The position numbers and the translations under genes were made by a program. Positions 48,801-57,215 of a DNA stretch of 58,371 nt are shown here, piece after piece. The DNA lies in the NCBI GenBank assembly GCA_043808015.1, contig JAZDFI010000030.1, forward strand, positions 1 through 58,371, written 5' to 3'. The stretch is from Candidatus Aenigmatarchaeota archaeon. Its GTDB lineage: Archaea > Aenigmatarchaeota > Aenigmatarchaeia > QMZP01 > QMZT01. Within the stretch, counting starts at the first letter, position 1; each line of letters opens with the position of its first letter. The notes below the pieces were generated by a model. It did not search any database. It was not told the DNA's origin and was given only the letters and a program-made list of their open reading frames with translations.

Positions 48801-49228
48801 GGATAACCGGAAAGACAGCGGCAAATAGCTATTGCGTTTGCAAAAACGAATATGATTGGTGCAATGGCAAGTACCTTACGGGCTGCTGCGTAATCAACAA
48901 CAAATGCTCGAAAGAAAAGGAAGGCACTCCGTGCCCGCTGAACAAGGGAAAAGGCAAAGTGTGGACAACCGTTGGTTATAACTGCCTTTGCGAATGTCCT
49001 TATGGCTCAGAAGAGGACCCATTCACTGAGGATTGCACTAAGATTCAATGTCCAACCGGAAAGAAGCTGGGCGACTCTTGCGATCAGGGCAGTGATTATA
49101 AAAATGTCGTATACGGGATATGCTCAGGTTTAGAAGGCAAGGTATGCGATTGTTGCGAATGCAAAAAAGGATGCATCAGAAATAACGCTTATGATGCGAG
49201 CTACAGAACCGGATGCAAGTGTAATTGA
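45815..49228 (+). CDS. large secreted protein with C25 (gingipain-like) cysteine peptidase domain and Cys-rich tail
   Basis: Signal peptide; YLTIIASP.AIP, AVGRIFG, YDDHG, AATCS and YALLGDP motifs; about 32 Cys in the last ~225 aa. Confidence 0.7.
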   Translation: MKSGFFVLVLSVIFISSFLSVSVHADRTRNIIDDLNTGLTSTNAEALISDAENQIGVKIKVYIAGAGEHMTYKEFTDAGRELFYDTYNLDEEGLPAYNVLIYAVVVEGKQTVGYFHNGKCESFDYFLNNEIYDPEGASLDDGTIVEKIQRIIDFIKKAKSQYGPECAAKTVKGETDIIIGTFVYLIDDTDWKNVLSLIPLTTWHDVPNAMLSLSDEEKMKERKNHIKYKPTLVYHREGENLDLESINLFLQQFGKATKIIAVYGDTVPKKLSGVANDKLSVEDYKTEWKKWGYEYLVLSEDNYKTGLMASVFASYLHAPLIFSSSELKDYPDAKEIYCIGNVQNDKCKKNFTLGELQKYYSGITGTDKNMLVNPNDIYDKNCENFIYYRETGKLTKAYCKDSLVAPILASVKNELIIFTDAEPLSEGLRFTNPEYSEGFYVEQPDSNNYDDIYFYFFYKNNIEKVNFGKKTKEILEYGLQKYPTTSFEKKEYYRNLFENNKLKQTPSIKDIFLDEKTETVYVLYKNGAIELIKNIKTDPNTESFSSSIKLFNSRHTCYGIYNDLSMQGINEEKSSFEAELEDKHVSVILDMTKQTDMLLNNYLTIIASPRAIPNSGYSYCIVNSLKGEFVDFRYTFDIQYSQGKAVGRIFGITVSDTSSYINRVIVFSKNGYSYVTQKGETKSFTNIGLLAAYNPTYQGYINQLEEQLTDNDYETSCFVSNPGLAENGCEETQTFTDTMKKDLFQNNDIIIYDDHGDVFSWVYPGITKTDLEKYNISSAIVIAATCSGLDYYSSLGYDLLASNFIKNGGLGYYGSVSATLWSYISREVSTRILATNLGEDKILSVRTGLQGYDLGNALSSALRDADIKTTFDIKKVDPNYALLGDPTILLALPQKIDLAFQEQQKAQREYYCGVNGCERTAKCVYLNEAEGATTCKKEYCNECNSKSTNAEIKKCCDSGRIDKNMDCCFVDEGIDAVKAKKDAEKAKCITIQNAEWITGKTAANSYCVCKNEYDWCNGKYLTGCCVINNKCSKEKEGTPCPLNKGKGKVWTTVGYNCLCECPYGSEEDPFTEDCTKIQCPTGKKLGDSCDQGSDYKNVVYGICSGLEGKVCDCCECKKGCIRNNAYDASYRTGCKCN

Positions 49229-49231
49229 TAG

Positions 49232-50050
49232 GTGAATTCAATGACCAGAAAAGCGATATTTATCAGCGCAATTGCAGTCTTTATTTTATTTTCCGTGCCG
49301 GTTTACTCCATCGAAATCGCAAGTTTTGAGAACAATGAAGGCAGGACGTTCTACCCGGGCGATGTCATTGACCTTGGCGTGGTGCTTATCAACAACGAGA
49401 GCGGGCAAGTCAACCTTATTGTCGAGCAAGACGTTTCTATCCCAGACACCGTCCCGATGCCGCTTTATGAAATTTTTGTTATAGGGCCGGGTAATAACAC
49501 GATGATTGCCGACTTGAGTTTTGCAGTTTCGGATAATTCCAGACCGGGTGAGTATGCCCACATGGTAAGAGTTTATGTGGGAGATGACTTGATCGGAGAA
49601 AAAATAACTTTGTTTTACATCAATGGGACGACGATAAGATTCAGCGATTATGGCATGGTCATCTGCGCGGACGAGAAATGCGATGACGTAAAGTCCAGTT
49701 TTAATGTCGGGGAAACAGTTTACATAAAGGTAGAATCGGCCCAGAATCCAATTATGGAAGGATTTCTTGACATGCCTGACGGCAATCACACGGTCATGCA
49801 AATCTCAGGCGGCATGGCTCAATTCATTCCTGTTTCAGCCGGAACGTACAAGATAAACGTTGTTCTCTCCAAAGACGGCTTCGCGCCGGAAACGATAGAG
49901 AAGGAGATAACCGTCACTGGTGAAATGACAGGCGAATCGCTTACCGGAGAAGTTCCCCAAAATCCTTTTGTGTGGTTAATCGTAGGCTTTGCTGCGGCTG
50001 TTGTCATTGCCGTTATAGCCGCGCTTTTGCGAAGGCATAAAGGCAAATAG
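49232..50050 (+). CDS. secreted, C-terminally anchored Ig-like surface protein
   Basis: N-terminal signal, beta-rich body, C-terminal TM plus RRHKGK. Confidence 0.7.
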   Translation: MNSMTRKAIFISAIAVFILFSVPVYSIEIASFENNEGRTFYPGDVIDLGVVLINNESGQVNLIVEQDVSIPDTVPMPLYEIFVIGPGNNTMIADLSFAVSDNSRPGEYAHMVRVYVGDDLIGEKITLFYINGTTIRFSDYGMVICADEKCDDVKSSFNVGETVYIKVESAQNPIMEGFLDMPDGNHTVMQISGGMAQFIPVSAGTYKINVVLSKDGFAPETIEKEITVTGEMTGESLTGEVPQNPFVWLIVGFAAAVVIAVIAALLRRHKGK

Positions 50051-50080
50051 TATTTATTCTGTCCGCGCAAATTAGATTAT

Positions 50081-51535
50081 ATGAAAGGGTTTTTGATAGC
50101 GTCAATAACTTTTCTGCTGGCAGTTTCTTTTGCAGCTCATTTTGCTAATGCGCTTGAGAGCGGCACCGTTTTCTCCGTGGGTCCGGACACGGGATACAAA
50201 TGCGTTTACGTGAACCTGCCGCAGGACCTTGGCATCGGCGCGGTTAACCAGAAATCAGAGACAATCATAGAGTCGAACAAGGACAGCAGCCCGTGGGTCG
50301 ATACGACATACAGCAAGGTCGTCATAGAACCGGGCGTGCAGAACAAGAACCCGGTGTGCTTCTATTATTCAGGCAGGGAGGAAGGCGAGTTTTCCTTTTA
50401 CAGCATAAAGCTGTCGTCGCTCGGTCTGGGGGTCAAGAATACGATTTCTGGCGGACTCTGCATCTCAAATTATGCGGACGTTGACACGGGCGTGGACACT
50501 GAAAATGCAAACGATGTTTGCAAACTGCTAAATGACAACGCCGACATAATAGACCTGAGCTTTGCAGAGGACGTGACGCAGGCGAAACCGGGCGAAGTCG
50601 TGAGCAAGACGCTTTACGTCACATCTTATGCGAACCTGCGCATGAGACTTTCCATAAGTTCCGACATGCAGAACGATTTTGGAGAGCCTGTCGTGACAAC
50701 ATCGCCTTCTAAGCCCATGCTGAGCAGGACGTTCAAGATAAAGGCGCCTGACCATGAGGGTGATTTCGGGTTCACGGTACAGGCCCAGGTAGAAGGATGC
50801 ACCATAAACGCCTGTACCAAGCAGAAGCAGGGCACGATATCCGTAAGCCAGGACGCAAAGGAAGGATTTTCAGTTTCTGTCATACCACGGAACATAAACC
50901 TGAAAGACGCTGAGGAAATGCTCTTCAGGGTCGTCATCACTAACAAAGAGGATACCAAAAATTTCACCATAGAGGCAACCTCGGACCCGTCGCTAGCGAT
51001 GGAGCCGGAAACCAAGGACGTGAGCGTCGAGAAAGACGAGGAAAAGACGACGCTTTTCAAAGTCACGCCGGGCAGCGAAAAGCTTTACAGGCTTGACTTC
51101 AAGATAAGCACGGCTACCGAGGAAACTACAACTAGCGCCTACGTAACCATAGGCGAGCTGCTGACCGACGCCCTAAGATACTCGGAAGAAGTTGAGAAAA
51201 ACGCTCCGCCAAGCCTACTGGAAGAAATAACAAAGGCCAAGGAAGATTACAAAAAGAAATACAACCAGACGTCTTATGGCAACGAACTGAAAGACTACGA
51301 GGACTTCCAGAAGACGCTCGAAGATGCGGAAATGGAGATTAGCGGCGGCGAGGGAAATAACACGATTACTCCACCAAAACCGGACAATGGCGGGGGATTC
51401 AACTTCATGTTCATTGCCATACCGCTAGTGATTGTCGCAGCCGTCGTGCTGATTTTCATAGCGTTCAAGAAGGCGAAGACATCGGATGCGGGCGGCTATC
51501 AGTCCGGCTACGGCCCCAGAGACGAGCGTTACTAA
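50081..51535 (+). CDS. secreted, C-terminally anchored surface protein
   Basis: Signal peptide, beta-rich domains, coiled segment, C-terminal TM plus KKAK. Confidence 0.7.
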   Translation: MKGFLIASITFLLAVSFAAHFANALESGTVFSVGPDTGYKCVYVNLPQDLGIGAVNQKSETIIESNKDSSPWVDTTYSKVVIEPGVQNKNPVCFYYSGREEGEFSFYSIKLSSLGLGVKNTISGGLCISNYADVDTGVDTENANDVCKLLNDNADIIDLSFAEDVTQAKPGEVVSKTLYVTSYANLRMRLSISSDMQNDFGEPVVTTSPSKPMLSRTFKIKAPDHEGDFGFTVQAQVEGCTINACTKQKQGTISVSQDAKEGFSVSVIPRNINLKDAEEMLFRVVITNKEDTKNFTIEATSDPSLAMEPETKDVSVEKDEEKTTLFKVTPGSEKLYRLDFKISTATEETTTSAYVTIGELLTDALRYSEEVEKNAPPSLLEEITKAKEDYKKKYNQTSYGNELKDYEDFQKTLEDAEMEISGGEGNNTITPPKPDNGGGFNFMFIAIPLVIVAAVVLIFIAFKKAKTSDAGGYQSGYGPRDERY

Positions 51536-51607
51536 GGCGAAGGCATAAATATTAATTCTGATGCGAAATAATTCAGATACCAAATAATATTCAGGGAGGT
51601 CATTGAC

Positions 51608-51904
51608 ATGAAAGAGGTATTTTTCATACACATGGAGAATTACTCGAAAGCGAAGAACGTAGTCTTCACGGACGACGTGGTCGCCAGGCAGACTGTCAAC
51701 TTCAGGGAGGCGCGAGCGTTGGGCATGCAAAAGGACGGCTATTACCTGGAGATAGACGGCCCGCAGGAGGCGATACACCGGGCAAAAGAGCTCCTCGCAG
51801 AGATAGCGAAGGTAGTCGAGCACAAGGAGAAGGAAGAAGTTCTGCAGAAGATAAAGGCAGAGGAAGACAAGGCAGCAGAAGGCTTCGGCAGCCTTTTCGG
51901 CTGA
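51608..51904 (+). CDS. conserved archaeal hypothetical protein
   Basis: GGAGGT SD; ends KIKAEEDKAAEGFGSLFG. Confidence 0.75.
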   Translation: MKEVFFIHMENYSKAKNVVFTDDVVARQTVNFREARALGMQKDGYYLEIDGPQEAIHRAKELLAEIAKVVEHKEKEEVLQKIKAEEDKAAEGFGSLFG

Positions 51905-51962
51905 GCAGGAAGCATTTAAATTTAAGCTCGGCAAAGAAATAATACATCTTTGATTCGTTGTT

Positions 51963-52035
51963 GCGTCGGTAGTCTAGCCTGGTAGGACACAGGCTTGCCA
52001 AGCCTGTAACCCGGGTTCAAATCCCGGCCGACGCA
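51963..52035 (+). tRNA. tRNA-Gly(GCC), no intron
   Basis: GCGTCGG/CCGACGC acceptor, CAGGC-TTGCCAA-GCCTG anticodon arm, CCGGG-TTCAAAT-CCCGG T arm. Confidence 0.97.
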
Positions 52036-52122
52036 TGTTGCAAAACCGGCAGCCAACGCCTGTAAAAGCAGAAAACAGTGACCCGAAAAACCTATTTATT
52101 GTCTAAAGGGGATATTATAAAC

Positions 52123-52668
52123 ATGAAGTTTCTCAAAATGCGCTCCAAAGAAGTAAAGGAGCTGCAGCCCGAAACCCAGGAAAGCGCTAGCGAAGAGAAC
52201 ATCCAAGCCCCCGAGCGAGCAGAAGATGATAATTACGGTCCGCCATCAAAGCTGCCTGAGATAAAGAGGGCGCTTCCAAGACCGGCGCCGAGGGTCGCTT
52301 CATCCGGTTCGCCGCCGCTTTTCATAAAAGTCGACAAGTACAGGGAGATCGTCAAGGGCATACGCGAACTCAGATCTTACATTCTCAACCTCAAGGACAC
52401 GCTGGACGTCCTCAGCGATATGCAGCGCGAAGTCGGGAACGGCGTCCAGATAGCGCACAAATCACTCGACGAACTCAATTCGCTGGTTTCCGACCTTGAC
52501 TCTTTCTTCATGAAGCCGCAGACCATGAGCGGCGGCAGGGCGCAGGAATACGACGCTGACGACATAGAGGAAGAAGCGGACACGCACGCGAACGAAATAC
52601 GCAGTTCCATGAAAGACGTCTATGGCCAGCTGGAGAAATTGCGCTCCCAGCTCAGGTCCATACAGTAA
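52123..52668 (+). CDS. hypothetical coiled-coil protein
   Basis: Disordered N-terminus, PLFIKVDKY motif, heptad-rich helices. Confidence 0.7.
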   Translation: MKFLKMRSKEVKELQPETQESASEENIQAPERAEDDNYGPPSKLPEIKRALPRPAPRVASSGSPPLFIKVDKYREIVKGIRELRSYILNLKDTLDVLSDMQREVGNGVQIAHKSLDELNSLVSDLDSFFMKPQTMSGGRAQEYDADDIEEEADTHANEIRSSMKDVYGQLEKLRSQLRSIQ

Positions 52669-52702
52669 TTTAAATAAATAGCTCCACTTCTAAATTCTAT
52701 AT

Positions 52703-52861
52703 GCGGGGGTAGCCAAGCGGTTAAAGGCGATAGAACGGTCTTGAACTCTGATTCAAGATGATGTCGACGCTCAAGACCTATTCACTTAGAGTGCCTTTCG
52801 CGGACAGGAACCGCGAAGAACGCGAGGAGTGTGTTCCAGGGTTCGAATCCCTGCCCCCGCA
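52703..52861 (+). tRNA. tRNA-Leu(CAA) with two introns: 30/31 (52734-52768) and variable arm (about 52790-52829)
   Basis: Acceptor GCGGGGG/CCCCCGC; T arm CAGGG-TTCGAAT-CCCTG. CGAT/GTCG helix with AG|A and AC|G bulges restores ATAGG-CTCAAGA-CCTAT. The second excision restores variable arm TCACTTAGTGTGTTC; about 84 nt mature. Confidence 0.88.
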
Positions 52862-52862
52862 T

Positions 52863-52995
52863 TAAAGCTTTTTAGAAAAAAGCTTTAGCAAAAAACGGGA
52901 CTTAGAAAAAGGCTTTAGCGAAAAACGGCGAACTGTTTTACGAAAGTCGGTTTTCCGCGGGCGCTTTTTTCAAAAGAGCCCCTTTTCACGTTTTT
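52863..52995. repeat. cluster of palindromic REP-like repeats downstream of tRNA-Leu
   Basis: 11-bp stem TAAAGCTTTTT-AGA-AAAAAGCTTTA; 27-nt direct repeat at 52872 and 52902 (2 mismatches); degenerate inverted copy at about 52951-52980. Confidence 0.7.
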
Positions 52996-53019
52996 AAAGC
53001 GGTTTTTCAACTTTAAAAC

Positions 53020-53271
53020 ATGAGCGACAAGAAGCTCGTGGGAAAGGTAAGGCATTACTTCAGCAACATAAGCGTCGCGGTCATCGACCTGAGCTCGACG
53101 CTCAAGGTCGGCGACGAAATATCGATAGAAGGCTCTTCTACGAACGTTACGCAGAAAGTCGATTCAATGCAGATCGAGCACAAGAACGTCGAGGAAGCGA
53201 AGAAGGGGCAGTCCATCGGTATGAAGGTCGCGGACAGGGTGAGGGAAGGCGACGTCGTATTCAGGATGTAG
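53020..53271 (+). CDS. small beta-barrel protein (translation-factor domain II / U32 C-terminal-like)
   Basis: VGKV.HYF.NISVA, LKVGD.I.I.G, Q.V.SMQI, VREGD.V. Confidence 0.75.
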   Translation: MSDKKLVGKVRHYFSNISVAVIDLSSTLKVGDEISIEGSSTNVTQKVDSMQIEHKNVEEAKKGQSIGMKVADRVREGDVVFRM

Positions 53272-53322
53272 CGAGACGATTGCAGCAAACCTTTTAAACA
53301 TGAGCACGGTTTAATAACTAAT

Positions 53323-55524
53323 ATGCCTTACACCCTGATAATATCCGAAAAGCCCAGCGCAGCGCAGAGGATAGCGCAGGCCCTAGCCGAAGGCAAGGTC
53401 GAAAAAGTCGGCAAGGCTACTTATTATTTCAAGTTCAAGCGCGGCGGCAAGGACATGATAGTCGTTCCGGCCGTAGGGCATCTGTTCGTTCTTGACGAGA
53501 AAGGCAAGAAGGCCAAATGGACGTATCCAGTATTCGACGTCGAATGGAGACCGACTTTCGCGGATAAAAACAGCCAGTGGGCAGAAAAGTATTATGAAGC
53601 GATTGCGAAGCTTGCTAAAGGAGCGAGTGAATACGTCTCGGCATGCGACTACGACATCGAGGGCTCGACCATCGCCTTCAACATCATCCGCTTCATATGC
53701 GGCGCCAAAGACGGCAGGCGCATGAAATTCTCGACTCTTACAGACGAGGACATAGTGGAAGCCTTCAAGAACGCGTCGCCTCACCTCGACTTTCCGCAGA
53801 TAGAGGCCGGACTCACGCGACACACGCTGGACTTCATGTGGGGCATTAACATGTCACGAGCGTTAACGCTGGCCCTGGAGAAAGCGAACGGCTACTGGAC
53901 GCTCTCAATCGGCCGCGTGCAGGGACCGACGCTCAAGATTCTGGAGGACAGGGAGCGCGAAATCGAAAGCTTCGTGTCAGAGCTTTTCTGGACGCTTGAA
54001 ATGCACGGGACGGTAAAGGGAAACAAGATAATCGCATTCCACGCGACGGACAGGTTCTGGGAAAAAGAGCAGGCCGCCGAAGTTTTCAGCAGGTGCAGCG
54101 GTAAAAAGGCGCATGTTGAATCCCTGGAGAAGAAGATGGTAAAGCAGATGCCGCCCACGCCTTTCGATCTTACAACGCTGCAGCGCGAAGCGTTCAACTG
54201 CTTCGGCTACTCGCCGAAAATGACCCTTGATGTGGCTCAGACGCTTTACGAGCAGGCGCTCATATCATACCCCCGCACGTCGAGCCAGAAGCTGCCGCAG
54301 AAACTCGGTCTCAAGGCCATCATAGAGAAGCTGGCGGGCCAGAGCGCGTATGCGGCCGTCTGCAGCAAGCTGGTGAAAAAGACGGAACTCGTCCCGAGGG
54401 AAGGCGAGAAGGAAGACATGGCGCACCCTTCGATATTCCCGACAGGCCAGGCGCCGTCGAAACTCAATGGTTACCAGCACAACATTTATGATTTGGTCGT
54501 CCGGCGCTTTCTTTCGACGTTCGGCAACCCCGCGATAAGGGAGCGCATAACCGTCGTTATCGATTCGAACGGGGAAAAATTCAAGTCCTTCGGAGTCAGA
54601 ACGATAAAGCCCGAATGGATGGAATTCTATGGACGTTTCGCTAAGTTCAAGGAGCAGCTGCTGCCCGCGATGGAGAAAGGCGACACCGTCGATGGTCCGG
54701 ACATAAAAATGAACGAGAAGGAGACGACCCCGCCCGACCGCTTTTCGCAGGCTTCGATACTCAAGAACATGGAGGATAGAAATCTTGGGACGAAGGCGAC
54801 GCGCGCCCAGATACTGCAGACGCTTTACGACAGGGATTACATAAAGGACAAGTCGATACGCGTCACGCCGCTCGGCTCAGCGGTCATAGAATCGCTGGAG
54901 AAACACTGCCCTGAAATCATCTCCGAGGAAATGACCAAGACACTCGACGCCGAGATAGAGCTGATACAGAAGGGCAAGAAGAAGCGCGAGGAAATAGTGG
55001 AGCACTCAAAAAATGACCTGGAAAAAATACTGGTTAAATTCAAGGAGCACGAGCTGCACATAGGCAACGAGTTGAAAGAGGGCGTCAAAGAGTTCCAGGA
55101 AATAGCCCATTACGTGGGCGTGTGCCCGACCTGCGGCGGCGAGCTGCGCATCATACGCTCCCACATGACCAAGAAATACTTCGTCGGCTGCTCGGGCTAC
55201 CCGAAATGCAGGCAGAGCTACCCGCTGCCGCAGAAAGGGCAAGTCGTAGCGAGTGACGAGAAATGCGAGAAGTGCGGCCTCAACATCGTGCTTATCCGTC
55301 AGTTCAAGCGGAGACCATGGAAATTGTGCGTAAAAGACGGATTCGTCGGCATGAAATTCGACAAGAAAAAGAAGGACGAGCAAGCGAAAGGGAAGGAAGG
55401 AGAAAAGGCTCCCGCGCAGGCAAACGCGCCGCAGAAGCCGGCTGAATCGGTCCAAAAAGCCGCGAAGGAAGCGCCAAAGGCACAGCCACCGAAGAGGAAG
55501 CATGCTGCAAAAACCAAGGTTTAG
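53323..55524 (+). CDS. topA: DNA topoisomerase I (type IA)
   Basis: ISEKPSAA, GHL, ACDYDIEG, SIGRVQGP, ISYPRT, GTKATR, C-terminal Zn ribbons. Confidence 0.97.
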   Translation: MPYTLIISEKPSAAQRIAQALAEGKVEKVGKATYYFKFKRGGKDMIVVPAVGHLFVLDEKGKKAKWTYPVFDVEWRPTFADKNSQWAEKYYEAIAKLAKGASEYVSACDYDIEGSTIAFNIIRFICGAKDGRRMKFSTLTDEDIVEAFKNASPHLDFPQIEAGLTRHTLDFMWGINMSRALTLALEKANGYWTLSIGRVQGPTLKILEDREREIESFVSELFWTLEMHGTVKGNKIIAFHATDRFWEKEQAAEVFSRCSGKKAHVESLEKKMVKQMPPTPFDLTTLQREAFNCFGYSPKMTLDVAQTLYEQALISYPRTSSQKLPQKLGLKAIIEKLAGQSAYAAVCSKLVKKTELVPREGEKEDMAHPSIFPTGQAPSKLNGYQHNIYDLVVRRFLSTFGNPAIRERITVVIDSNGEKFKSFGVRTIKPEWMEFYGRFAKFKEQLLPAMEKGDTVDGPDIKMNEKETTPPDRFSQASILKNMEDRNLGTKATRAQILQTLYDRDYIKDKSIRVTPLGSAVIESLEKHCPEIISEEMTKTLDAEIELIQKGKKKREEIVEHSKNDLEKILVKFKEHELHIGNELKEGVKEFQEIAHYVGVCPTCGGELRIIRSHMTKKYFVGCSGYPKCRQSYPLPQKGQVVASDEKCEKCGLNIVLIRQFKRRPWKLCVKDGFVGMKFDKKKKDEQAKGKEGEKAPAQANAPQKPAESVQKAAKEAPKAQPPKRKHAAKTKV

Positions 55525-55529
55525 TTATC

Positions 55530-56423
55530 TCAGATGTATTTTGTAGTGTCTAGTATTCTGTTGCGATTGTCAAAAACCACGAAGTACTTGTCCATGTGCT
55601 TGAATAACGCCACAGCGTCTTCGTGGCCGTTCACACCGCTGCCGCAGTTTATTATGTACTGAGATTGCTGGTCGCGTCCGTTTCTCTTGACGTCTATTTT
55701 CCTGACATATGGCAGATTTTCTATTTTGTTTGAAACCATGCACTCCCCATCCCTGCTGATCTGCTCGAAATAAGTGTCGTGGGTGTGGCCGAGTACAAGG
55801 AACCTGACATTGCGTCTGCTGGACAGCGACTGCTCCACGTTCTTGTAGAACTTGTCTTTGTGCTTGTATTCCTTTCCGTTTTTCTTTTCCGTCAGGTGTT
55901 CGAACCACACGTCTATGTCCTTGTTAAAATACCTTTCAAGAAGACCCAAAAATCTCAGCGCGGGCTCCTCTATTTTGGGGTTGCCTATTACCAGATTCGG
56001 CGCAGAGTATAAGTGGCCGTGTTCCGCTTCGAGGTTGTTGCCGCCATACATCGGGACAAAAAGCCTGCTCTCGGGTTTGAACCTTTTCCATAACTTTGCA
56101 AGCTTAACGTCGTGGTTGCCGCGTACGTATCTGGCTTTTCCGCTTGCCAGCATCTCCTCAACCTTTGATATCGTCTGAGGATGAGCGTCTTTTATGAATT
56201 TATAGAGGTCGCAGGAATCCAGCCTGAATATGTCAAATATGGAGTTTCTTTTTACATCGTATGCCTGGTTGAGGTCGACGATGTCGCCTACGAGGAAAAG
56301 CTCGGCTTCATTGTCCCTGTCTATTTTTTCGAGAAATTCCGGCAACTGCTTTGGGTTTGTGGTGTCCTCTGCCTTGCTCCCGTCAACCAGATGCCAGTCG
56401 CTGGTGAATATGCGCTTCTTCAT
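55530..56423 (-). CDS. metallophosphoesterase (LpxH-like calcineurin fold)
   Basis: SDWH, GDIVD, GNHD, EHGH, GHTH motifs. Confidence 0.85.
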   Translation of the reverse strand: MKKRIFTSDWHLVDGSKAEDTTNPKQLPEFLEKIDRDNEAELFLVGDIVDLNQAYDVKRNSIFDIFRLDSCDLYKFIKDAHPQTISKVEEMLASGKARYVRGNHDVKLAKLWKRFKPESRLFVPMYGGNNLEAEHGHLYSAPNLVIGNPKIEEPALRFLGLLERYFNKDIDVWFEHLTEKKNGKEYKHKDKFYKNVEQSLSSRRNVRFLVLGHTHDTYFEQISRDGECMVSNKIENLPYVRKIDVKRNGRDQQSQYIINCGSGVNGHEDAVALFKHMDKYFVVFDNRNRILDTTKYI

Positions 56424-56499
56424 GTTTTAATGTTAAAAACAAGCTTTAAATTCACTACTTTTTGGTTATTTATAAAATATAAAATGGCCTGAAGACGGT

Positions 56500-57195
56500 T
56501 CAGAAAATCCTGAAACCGGCGGGCTTTACACCATCCTGCACTATGTCGAATTTCACGTTTTTGCCTTCAGGTATTGAGCGGTGCTTGATTATCGTCGCCT
56601 TGCGCTCGCTCATCCTGCCCGTGCGCTCGAGAAAGACCATCGACTTAGACCAGTATTTTATGGCGTCCCCGCCTATTATCTGTTCTTCGTTGCTTTCCCA
56701 TTTCCTGAAAGAGTGCGCCGTTATAATGACGGGGATTTTCATTTTTCTGGCAAGATTCGAAAGGCATGAAAGCTGGACCGAAAGCTCCTTGTTCGCTTCC
56801 TTGGCATCGCATTCATGGTCGGCGCATTTGAGACGGTAGAGCGCGACAGCCGAATCTAGAATCACCATACCAGCGTCACTGAACTGTTTTTCCAGGTTTT
56901 TTATCACATCACTCTGTTCTTCAAAGGTCTTTGGCTCCATGACTATTATTTTGTCCAGATCGCTTTCGTCGCCGCTTATCTGCAGTATGCGCTCGGGCGA
57001 GAGCCCGCCTTCCGTGTCTATGTATACCGCTTTTTTTCCGCTCTTCACGCATTCCAGCGCGGCCAGTATGCAGATGTTCGTCTTGCCTGTGCCGGGATTG
57101 CCGTAGAAGTTCGTCAGAGCGCCTCTTTCTATGCCGCCCGTGAGCGAATGCAAAGGCTCCGGCAGAAGCAACCGTCCTTCATTCATGCTAAACAC
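56500..57195 (-). CDS. radB: DNA repair protein RadB
   Basis: L.GGIE.G..T.FYG.PGTGKTN, YIDTEGG.S.ER, LDS, YWSK, KHRS. Confidence 0.92.
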   Translation of the reverse strand: MFSMNEGRLLLPEPLHSLTGGIERGALTNFYGNPGTGKTNICILAALECVKSGKKAVYIDTEGGLSPERILQISGDESDLDKIIVMEPKTFEEQSDVIKNLEKQFSDAGMVILDSAVALYRLKCADHECDAKEANKELSVQLSCLSNLARKMKIPVIITAHSFRKWESNEEQIIGGDAIKYWSKSMVFLERTGRMSERKATIIKHRSIPEGKNVKFDIVQDGVKPAGFRIF

Positions 57196-57215
57196 TTAAT
57201 CCTGATAATTAAATA

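Noticed and set aside
52872-52928. CRISPR array
   Set aside because: Only two 27-nt units separated by 3 nt; no spacers and no cas genes in the window
10256-57195. Inteins in EF-2, YchF, TopA or RadB as the source of the LAGLIDADG domains
   Set aside because: All four have normal lengths and contiguous motifs, and neither LAGLIDADG ORF shows Cys-start/His-Asn-end splice motifs
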